From NCBI GenBank assembly GCA_965242865.1, contig CBDETK010000013.1, forward strand, positions 3,424,001 to 3,488,000: 64,000 nucleotides of DNA. The letters are read 5' to 3'. The position numbers were made by a program, and so were the translations under genes. The notes under the pieces are model-generated. The model was not told the DNA's origin, did not search any database, and was given only the letters and a program-made list of their open reading frames with translations. This stretch comes from Candidatus Latescibacterota bacterium. GTDB lineage: Bacteria > Latescibacterota > UBA2968 > UBA8231. Each line of letters starts with the position of its first letter. The stretch's first letter is position 1. This document shows positions 56,801-64,000 of the stretch, piece after piece.

Positions 56801-58201
56801 ATGACTATAACGTCGAGAGGCGACGCATTGCGGGTAGGCGGATTCATCGCGGCCGGCGGCATCCTAATGGGGGCCACCGGAGCCTATGCCGCAGGCAGCG
56901 AAGAGCTACAATTCGTCTTCAACACCTTTTCGTTTCTTATCTGGGGTGCGCTCGTAATGTGGATGTGCGCGGGCTTTACCATGCTCGAAGCCGGTTCCGT
57001 CCGCACCAAGAACGCCTCCATGATCTGCCTCAAGAACGTCGGGCTTTATTCGATTGCCGGAATCACGTACTACTTGATCGGCTACAACCTCATGTACGTC
57101 GATGTGGGGGGCGGCTGGATTGGCACGCTCAAGTTTTTATACGGGCCTTCGGGCGAGGAGCTCACGCTGTTGAATGCGGGCGAAGCCGCCAAATCAGCCG
57201 CGGCCGCGGCCCTGATAAAGGGCCAGTCCTATGCCACCATGTCGGACTGGTTTTTTCAGATGGTCTTTGTGGCGACGACCGCTTCTATTGTATCGGGCAC
57301 GCTGGCTGAGCGAGTGAATTTGTGGGCGTTTTTTGTTTTTACGGCCGTGTTGACGATGATCATCTATCCCATCGTCGGGGCTTGGACTTGGGGCGGCGGC
57401 TGGCTCAGCGAAATGGGGTTTCAGGATTTCGCCGGCTCGACCATCGTCCATTCGACTGGGGGTTGGGCCGCACTCGCCGGGGCGCTCGTCGTCGGAGCGC
57501 GGTACGGAAAATTTCGCGCCGATGGCAGCGTCAAGAACACGCCGCCTTCCAATGTTCCCGCCGTGACGTTGGGCGTCTTCATTTTGTGGCTGGGGTGGTT
57601 CGGCTTCAACGGCGGCTCCCAACTCGCGCTGTCGAGCGCGACCGATGCGGTCGCCATGAGCCATGTCCTCGTGAATACCAACTTGGCCGCGGCGGCTGGC
57701 GTCATCGCTGCTCTCTTCTTGTCGCGGCCCCTCCTAGGACGCATCGATTTGGTCGCCGTTCTCAACGGCGCACTCGCCGGTCTCGTCTCCATTACGGCCG
57801 GCCCCGATATCGTCGATCACTACTGGGCCCTCGTAATCGGTGCTGTCGGTAGCGTGTTGTGCGTCGGCGGGATGCGGTTCTTGGAGGTCGTTAAGCTAGA
57901 CGACATAGTAGGGGCGATTCCGGTCCACCTGTTCGCCGGCATCTGGGGGACCCTGGCGGTCTGCATTGCAGCCGGTGGCAATTTCGGCGTCCAGCTCATC
58001 GGGGTGCTGGCGATAGGCGCGTTCGCGTTTGTGGCTTCGTGGATCTCGTGGTTAGTTCTGGGCAAGATAATCGGCGTGCGGGTGTCGCAGAGCGTTGAAG
58101 AGCTCGGCCAAGATACCGCAGAGCTCGGAATCGAAGCGTATTCCGAGTTTATGCTCATGCCCGATCAGGATGACGTCGACCAAATTCGGAACAATTCATA
58201 A
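56801..58201 (+). CDS. amtB: Ammonium transporter
   Basis: FQMVF, DFAGSTIVH, WFGFNGGS, NG.LAGLV.IT, DD..GAIPVH (twin His present). Confidence 0.95.
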   Translation: MTITSRGDALRVGGFIAAGGILMGATGAYAAGSEELQFVFNTFSFLIWGALVMWMCAGFTMLEAGSVRTKNASMICLKNVGLYSIAGITYYLIGYNLMYVDVGGGWIGTLKFLYGPSGEELTLLNAGEAAKSAAAAALIKGQSYATMSDWFFQMVFVATTASIVSGTLAERVNLWAFFVFTAVLTMIIYPIVGAWTWGGGWLSEMGFQDFAGSTIVHSTGGWAALAGALVVGARYGKFRADGSVKNTPPSNVPAVTLGVFILWLGWFGFNGGSQLALSSATDAVAMSHVLVNTNLAAAAGVIAALFLSRPLLGRIDLVAVLNGALAGLVSITAGPDIVDHYWALVIGAVGSVLCVGGMRFLEVVKLDDIVGAIPVHLFAGIWGTLAVCIAAGGNFGVQLIGVLAIGAFAFVASWISWLVLGKIIGVRVSQSVEELGQDTAELGIEAYSEFMLMPDQDDVDQIRNNS

Positions 58202-58251
58202 CCGGCCAAAAACCGGTACCCACCATTTAATTTAGAAAGGCAGGAGTTCGA

Positions 58252-58581
58252 GTGAACACCGAACAGAAGGAAGGCGTATTAATCGCCAAGCCCGAAGGCC
58301 GCATTGACGGGGTCAATGCCCGCGATTTTCACGAAGCCTTAACCAAGGCGATCGGCGCGGACAGCAGCCCGGTGCTCGTCGATTTGGCGGCCATCAACTA
58401 CATCAGCAGTGCGGGCCTGCGGACGTTTCTGCTGGTTGCTAAAACGCTCCAACAGCGCAGCGCTCAGTTCGCGCTGTGCTCGCTTTCGGATCCGATCCGG
58501 GAAATTTTCGAAATCAGCGGTTTTGACAAGATCATTGCGATCCACCCCTCCGAAGACGAGGCCCTCGCCGCCCTGTCGTAA
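58252..58581 (+). CDS. STAS-domain anti-sigma factor antagonist (RsbV/SpoIIAA-like)
   Basis: GRID, VDL..INYISSAGLR phosphoacceptor motif, IFEISGF. Confidence 0.92.
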   Translation: MNTEQKEGVLIAKPEGRIDGVNARDFHEALTKAIGADSSPVLVDLAAINYISSAGLRTFLLVAKTLQQRSAQFALCSLSDPIREIFEISGFDKIIAIHPSEDEALAALS

Positions 58582-58586
58582 CGCAA

Positions 58587-60773
58587 CTAAACTGAAGCGG
58601 GGGGAGCCGCCTCGTCTGAATCGGCGGCGGCTGATTGCAGGGCCATCGGCCGCACCGTGGGTAGCTCGATAGTCATCTCGGTAAATTCTCCCGGCTCGGA
58701 GTGAACCTTGATGGCCCCCCCGTGTTCGCGCACGATGTCGTTGGACAGCGCGAGCCCAAGCCCGGTTCCCTGATCGGTCGGCTTCGTCGTAAAGAACGGG
58801 TTGAAGATCTTATCGACGACCTCCGGCGGGATCCCGTTCCCATTGTCGCGAATGCGGACTTCGACTTGGTCGGGCATTCGCCGGGAGCTGATCCACAGCG
58901 TGGGTACGTAGTCGGATGGCGTCTCTGGCGAGTGGCGCTTCTCGTTGGTGGCGTAGCAGGCATTGCTCACCATGTTCAAAAAGACGCGGGCCAAGTCCTG
59001 CGGGACCACCTCTAACTCCCCGACCTCCTCGCTTAAATCCTCCTTGATGTCGAGCTGAAAATCCGAATTGGTCGCTCGGGCGCTGTGGAACGCGAGGCGG
59101 GTGTGTTCGTCGAGCAGGGCGTTGATCGCGGCGAATTGTGCATCGCCCGACCCGCGCCCCATCTGCAGCATGTCGCGGACAATGCGGTTGGCGCGCTCGC
59201 CGTGTTCGCGGATGCGCCCGAGATTATCGGTCAAGTCGCCGTTGATCTCGTTGATTAGCTCGCGCTGCTCTTCGTCTAGTTTCTGGCCGTCTTGCTCTAT
59301 AACCTCTTGCAATTCCTCCAACAGCTCCTCCGAGACCTCCGCAAAATTCTTCACGAAGTTCAGGGGATTCTGGATTTCGTGTGCCACGCCCGCGGTGAGC
59401 TCGCCCAATGCGGCTAGTTTTTCGCGCATGACGATTTGATCCTGTGCTTGCTGTAGATCTTCGAGCACATTTTCGAGCGTGGCGTTTTTCTCTTCCAAGT
59501 CGGCGGCCAGCTTTTCCACCAAGTTGAGCCGCTGAGCCTCCAAAGAGTTGCGGCGAAAAATTTCGAGGGCCACGGCCATGTCTGCGACCTCGTCGCGTCC
59601 GGTCATCTCGATCTTTGCCTCTAGGTCGCCGTCCGCCATGCGGCGCATTCGGTTCGACAAAAATTCGAGGCGGCGCAGCAGCACCCGACCGACGAACAGC
59701 CAAGCGATCAGAACCGCTCCGGCGATGCTGATCGCGTTGAGAGCGAGCAAAATTCTGCGGCCGGTGAAGATGGCTTGGGTGGAGGTTTGCGTGGCCTCTT
59801 GGGCACTCGTGCGGGCCGCATCCACTAGGCCCTCAACCTCGGCCACCAGTTCAACAGACAAATCGCGGTTGCGGTCGAGCAGTATCCGTTGCTGGTCGAC
59901 GATCTGGAGTTCCGAGGCACGGAGGGCAAAAATTTTCTCGTCCCCGCGGCCCAAGTCGAACAGGCGGTCAAAGGTCTGGCTAAGCGCGCTGTGCAAGGGG
60001 CCCTCGCCCAAGGTGGCGAGTTTCCGCTCAATTCCCTCGACTGTAGAATCGAAACGATCGCGCAAAGGCCCCAGCAGGCGCGCGTCCGACAAGTTGAACG
60101 TATTGGCCAGTTGCCGCATGGCCGTAGTAGCCCCTTCCTGCAATTCGGCTAGTGCGCGATAGCGAGAAAGTTCGGCCTCTGAAAGGTGCTGGACGCGGGG
60201 TGCGGGCGGTTCGCTGAGGGTGTGGTAGCCGGTCATTGCATAGAACAGCTGATCGTCGATGGCCGGAATCAAGATGCCGGTCAAATCACTTTGCAGGGTC
60301 TCTAGATTCTTGTGCAACCCGCGGCTGCGTGCGTTGAGCTCAAAGCGCTTGGCCACTGATTGCTCAATCGCCTTGATGTTGGCGATGAGGGTGTCGCCGT
60401 GGGCGCGAATCCGCGCGAACCGTTCCTCGGTCGCGCCCTGCTGGGTCAGGGCCGCCAATTGTTTCTTAAAGTCGTCCCGCTCGGAGACGACCTGGCCGGC
60501 CACCTCGGCAAACGCCATCGGGGTCTCGGCCGCTACCAAGCGCGGAGCGGCCGCTGCGAGGGAGCCGCTTTGCTGGGCGACCGCAAAAGCAGTGGCTATC
60601 TCCGGGACCGCCCGCTCGTTTACCTGACTTTGGGCCTCGCCGACTTGGTCGAAGGAAAACCAAGCCACCAAACTCGCGACCATGGTGAGAGCCGCGGCCG
60701 TGCCGATGCTCATGTAAAGTTGAAAGGCAATGCGGTGCCGGGCTGCGAACAGGCGTCTCAGGCGGGCGATCAT
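58587..60773 (-). CDS. Membrane sensor histidine kinase (helical extracytoplasmic domain, HAMP, HisKA, HATPase)
   Basis: Two TMs, HAMP GRDEVADM, AGVAHEIQNPL, DNGNGI, FFTTK, GTGLGL. Confidence 0.93.
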   Translation of the reverse strand: MIARLRRLFAARHRIAFQLYMSIGTAAALTMVASLVAWFSFDQVGEAQSQVNERAVPEIATAFAVAQQSGSLAAAAPRLVAAETPMAFAEVAGQVVSERDDFKKQLAALTQQGATEERFARIRAHGDTLIANIKAIEQSVAKRFELNARSRGLHKNLETLQSDLTGILIPAIDDQLFYAMTGYHTLSEPPAPRVQHLSEAELSRYRALAELQEGATTAMRQLANTFNLSDARLLGPLRDRFDSTVEGIERKLATLGEGPLHSALSQTFDRLFDLGRGDEKIFALRASELQIVDQQRILLDRNRDLSVELVAEVEGLVDAARTSAQEATQTSTQAIFTGRRILLALNAISIAGAVLIAWLFVGRVLLRRLEFLSNRMRRMADGDLEAKIEMTGRDEVADMAVALEIFRRNSLEAQRLNLVEKLAADLEEKNATLENVLEDLQQAQDQIVMREKLAALGELTAGVAHEIQNPLNFVKNFAEVSEELLEELQEVIEQDGQKLDEEQRELINEINGDLTDNLGRIREHGERANRIVRDMLQMGRGSGDAQFAAINALLDEHTRLAFHSARATNSDFQLDIKEDLSEEVGELEVVPQDLARVFLNMVSNACYATNEKRHSPETPSDYVPTLWISSRRMPDQVEVRIRDNGNGIPPEVVDKIFNPFFTTKPTDQGTGLGLALSNDIVREHGGAIKVHSEPGEFTEMTIELPTVRPMALQSAAADSDEAAPPASV

Positions 60774-61939
60774 GGCTGGGTCGCGCCCTTCAAGGAGCGG
60801 ATGGGGCGGTATTCGCCATCGCGGTCGATCGCGGTGAGGAAGACCGCGTCCGAACCCTGATTATCGCCATCCCCGTAGCGGAGCTTGAAGCCCTCTAGAT
60901 TGATGACATCGGCGCGGCGCAAGTTGTCTAATAGGCAGGCGCGGCTGACCTCCCGGCCGCAGCGGTCGAGGGCGGCGATGGCCAAGCGGCCGGCTAGATA
61001 GCCCTCGAATGAGACAAAGCTCGGCTCGGCCTTTGGAGCGTAGGCTGCGAGCGCATGGCTGTACGAGCCGACGATGGCCGGCTCGGTGGCTGTTGGAAAG
61101 GGCACGACTTGCGAGACCAAAACCCCCGTGCCGGCGGGCCCGAGTTCCCGCGCCAATGCTTTGCTGCCCACGAATGAGATGGCCGCAAAGATGGGGTTGA
61201 AATCGGTCGCTTGGGCCCAAGCGATTAAGGTGGCGACCGGCTGATAGGTCCCGACCAAGATCACGGCTTGGGGTTGGCCGCTGCGCAGGTCGAGTAAGGC
61301 GGTTTTTACCGCCTTGGTGTTGCGCGGATACACGCCGACGGACACGAGGGATAGCTCGCGCCGCTCTAGCGCATGCCGCACGCCGCGAAACCCTTCCCGG
61401 CCAAAGGAGTCGTCTTGATACATTATGGCAATGCGTTTGATGCCCAAGTCGTCGGTTAGGCGGGCGACGATTTCCTCGGTTTCCTGATAGTAGGAGGCGC
61501 GCATGTTGACCACGCCGTGCCACTTGGGGTCGCGGAGAAAATTACTGCCCGTGAAGGGAGCGATGTAAGGGACGCCAGCGTCTTCGGCAATGGGAACGGC
61601 CGCACGCGAGGTGGGGGTGCCAACGGCGCCGATCAGCGCGAAAACCCGCTCGCCCCCGATGAGCTGGCGGGTGTTGTCAATGGCGGCTTCCGGTTCGTAC
61701 CCGTCGTCAAACGAAACCAATTCGAGCCGACGCCCGTGGACCCCGCCCTGCTCATTCACCTCCCAGAAGGCCGTCTGCATCCCGAGCCGCATGTTCCGGC
61801 CCAACTCCTGGGCTGGCCCGCTAAAGGCGGCCGATTGGCCAAAGAGGATACTCCGGTCGGAGACGCCGGGTTGCTCCTCGCCGCGCACAGCACCCGCCAC
61901 CAGCAACGCGACCGCACACAGAGCAAGCACGCGGTTCAA
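60770..61939 (-). CDS. Periplasmic type I (Leu/Ile/Val-like) substrate-binding protein
   Basis: Signal peptide, GQSAAFSGP, GGVHGR, DDGYEP, RASY, YQDDSFG. Confidence 0.88.
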   Translation of the reverse strand: MNRVLALCAVALLVAGAVRGEEQPGVSDRSILFGQSAAFSGPAQELGRNMRLGMQTAFWEVNEQGGVHGRRLELVSFDDGYEPEAAIDNTRQLIGGERVFALIGAVGTPTSRAAVPIAEDAGVPYIAPFTGSNFLRDPKWHGVVNMRASYYQETEEIVARLTDDLGIKRIAIMYQDDSFGREGFRGVRHALERRELSLVSVGVYPRNTKAVKTALLDLRSGQPQAVILVGTYQPVATLIAWAQATDFNPIFAAISFVGSKALARELGPAGTGVLVSQVVPFPTATEPAIVGSYSHALAAYAPKAEPSFVSFEGYLAGRLAIAALDRCGREVSRACLLDNLRRADVINLEGFKLRYGDGDNQGSDAVFLTAIDRDGEYRPIRSLKGATQP

Positions 61940-62358
61940 CTAGCCCTCCGCTTGACCAAGGTCAGGCAGTTTTTGTCCTGCTGTCGCTGGTAGTGAACTT
62001 CGTCCATCATGGTGCGCACGAGGTGGACGCCGAGGCCGCCCACGGTGCGGTCCTCAACGGCGGCTTCCACGTCTGGCTCGGGAGCGTCGCTGAGCGGGTT
62101 GAAGGCCTGGCCGTCGTCCTCGATCTCGATTGTGATCGCCTCGGCTTCTGAAGAGATGACGATCTTGATTTCGTGGACTTTGTCGTCGTCGTGCCCGTAC
62201 TCGACGATGTTGACCCCCAATTCCTCAATGGCCAGCCCAATCTGAAAGGTGACGTCTGGAGGCCAGTTCTCTTCCTCGGCCAGCTCCTCAATAGCGGCGT
62301 TGACTTTGCGTAGTTCGTCTAGATCAGTCGCCATGCAGAGCGATCGCTGGGCACTCAT
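61936..62358 (-). CDS. RsbW/SpoIIAB-like anti-sigma factor Ser kinase (HATPase_c_2)
   Basis: LAIEELGVNIVEY, EDDGQAFNP, GGLGVHLV..MMDEV.Y. Confidence 0.9.
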   Translation of the reverse strand: MSAQRSLCMATDLDELRKVNAAIEELAEEENWPPDVTFQIGLAIEELGVNIVEYGHDDDKVHEIKIVISSEAEAITIEIEDDGQAFNPLSDAPEPDVEAAVEDRTVGGLGVHLVRTMMDEVHYQRQQDKNCLTLVKRRAS

Positions 62359-63524
62359 TGGTCGGTCCCGTTGTAGCAAAGCGTCAGGCAGGTGACGTCG
62401 TCAAATTGAGGTGCCGCGCCGGCAAAGGTCTCGACCGCCTCAAAAACGGCCGCGTTGGTGGCGCGGACATCTTGGACGCCCTCCTTGGTACAAACCTCGC
62501 ACAGGCGCTCTAGCCCGAACTGATCGCCTTGGTCGTTTTCGGCTTCGGGGACGCCGTCGGTGTACAAAATGACGCGGTCGCCGGGCCGCAGGGTCACCGA
62601 GGTTTCTTCAAAGGTGAACTCTGGCACCACGCCGAGAGCCACCCCGCCAGTCGTTGGCAGCAGGGTCGAGCTGCCGTCGGCGTGGACCACAACCGGCGTG
62701 TTGTGCCCGCCATTGGCATAGGTAAACTCGCCGTTTGCCGGGTCGAAGGTCGCGTAAAAGACGGTTACGAACATGGCGGCGTCGTTTTCTTCTTGCAGCA
62801 GTTGATTGACTTCGCTCAAGACCTTGCCCGGCGCGTCGTGGCCGATAGCCGCGCCCTTTAGGAGGGTCCGGCTCGACATCATAAACAGGGCCGCCGGTAC
62901 GCCCTTGTCCGAGACATCGGCGACGACGACACCGATGCGGTCGTCTTCGAGGGCCAAGACATCGAAGAAATCGCCGCCAACGTCGCGCGCGGGCTTCATG
63001 CTGCCGAAAATTTCAAAGCCCGGCCCCTTGGGAAAGCTGGTGGGCAAGATCGACTGCTGCATCTTGTTGGCCACGTTGAGTTCGTTTTGCAGGGCGACCA
63101 ACTTGTCGCGCGATTCGAGCGCCTCGCGCCACAGCTCTAGATGGCGCAAGGTCCGCTGGATAGTCACCTTCATGTCCTCGAAGTCAATGGGCTTGGTGAC
63201 GAAGTCAAACGCGCCGCGGTTCATGGCCGTGCGGATGTTCTTCATGTCGCCATACGCCGAGACGATGACCGAGCGGATGTTGGGATCCACCTTGGGGATC
63301 TGCTCCAGCAAGGTGAGCCCGTCCATCCGGGGCATGTTGATATCCGAGAGCACCATGTCGATGTCTTGCTCTTCGCTTAGCACCTCTAGGGCCTCAACGC
63401 CGTTGTGGGCGAACATAAAGCTGTACTGGCCCGAGCGAATCTCGCGGCGCATGCGCTGCCTCACTAGGTGCTCTAAATCTGGCTCGTCATCAACGACGAG
63501 GATCTTGGGTCGTAAGGTTGCCAT
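62355..63524 (-). CDS. Response regulator-PP2C (SpoIIE/RsbU-like) phosphatase
   Basis: REC: VVDDE, SDINMP, KP. PP2C: VGGDFFD, ADVSDKG, MFVT, YTDGV, DDVT. Confidence 0.93.
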   Translation of the reverse strand: MATLRPKILVVDDEPDLEHLVRQRMRREIRSGQYSFMFAHNGVEALEVLSEEQDIDMVLSDINMPRMDGLTLLEQIPKVDPNIRSVIVSAYGDMKNIRTAMNRGAFDFVTKPIDFEDMKVTIQRTLRHLELWREALESRDKLVALQNELNVANKMQQSILPTSFPKGPGFEIFGSMKPARDVGGDFFDVLALEDDRIGVVVADVSDKGVPAALFMMSSRTLLKGAAIGHDAPGKVLSEVNQLLQEENDAAMFVTVFYATFDPANGEFTYANGGHNTPVVVHADGSSTLLPTTGGVALGVVPEFTFEETSVTLRPGDRVILYTDGVPEAENDQGDQFGLERLCEVCTKEGVQDVRATNAAVFEAVETFAGAAPQFDDVTCLTLCYNGTDQ

Positions 63525-63566
63525 TTTCTTTCCAAGTTGGTTTAGCCTAACGCGGCTGTCAAAAGG

Positions 63567-64000
63567 TTAGTTGCCCGGCTCTACCACTACCTTCATGGCC
63601 TCTTCACTGCCGGTGAGGTCGAGGCCCTCGCGGATGTGGGACAGCGGCAGCCGGTGCGTAATAAAGCGATCCAAGGGCGCGGTCGTGCGGCGCAAGAAAG
63701 ATAGCGCGGTCTTGAACTGCATGGAAGGGTACGCCCACATGCCGCGAATGTCCAAATCCTTGAAGCAGACGATGTGGGGGCGGATCTCCACGGGCCCTGG
63801 GTCTGTGAAGTGCCCCACCTCTACGACGATCCCTCCTCGGCGCACCAAGTCGAGCGATTCCCTGAAGGCTACGGGTACGCCGGCTGTTTCAATGACGACG
63901 TCGGCCCCCACGCCAGCGGTCATGTCGTAGAGGGCCTGCTGCCGCTGCTCGGGGCTGCCTTCTCCCATGGCGAGCACTTGATGAGCCCCCATGGCGCGGG
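63567..64000 (-). CDS. Zinc-binding dehydrogenase (C-terminal part; 5' end outside window)
   Basis: GADVVIETAG, ITHRLPL, KVVVEP MDR C-terminal pattern. Confidence 0.8.
   Translation of the reverse strand, partial: RAMGAHQVLAMGEGSPEQRQQALYDMTAGVGADVVIETAGVPVAFRESLDLVRRGGIVVEVGHFTDPGPVEIRPHIVCFKDLDIRGMWAYPSMQFKTALSFLRRTTAPLDRFITHRLPLSHIREGLDLTGSEEAMKVVVEPGN

Overview
High-GC bacterial chromosomal segment. The gene mix (YWTD beta-propeller protein with a FlgD-Ig/T9SS-like tail, two PhyH dioxygenases, many sugar-acid/oxidoreductase genes) resembles Latescibacterota/Poribacteria-like, possibly sponge-associated, lineages; this is inference only. Housekeeping content: trxB, ndk-yceD-rpmF-fabH-fabD-fabG-acpP-fabF-rnc-lipoate ligase-oppDF-ppiD, nadK, radC, msrB, eda and amtB. 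There are two accessory defence-like islets. The first (~8.4-17 kb) holds a type IIG-like R-M fusion, a decayed IS5, and a Bub-like ubiquitin-like operon (Ubl, ThiF/E1, DUF6527) divergent from an HTH plus ImmA/IrrE peptidase pair. The second (~22.5-27.6 kb) is partly AT-rich and holds a CfrBI-like R-M pair, an Abi_C/HEPN protein, a decayed membrane-protein operon and an unannotated 59-aa membrane ORF. The most notable observations are an in-frame Lnt-TatC fusion, an ammonium transporter followed by a STAS gene (no glnK) converging on a complete sensor kinase/PP2C/anti-sigma partner-switching module, and a fused MrfA-MrfB-like helicase-exonuclease. No rRNA, tRNA or CRISPR array was recognised. 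All family calls come from motif recognition by eye, not database searches.
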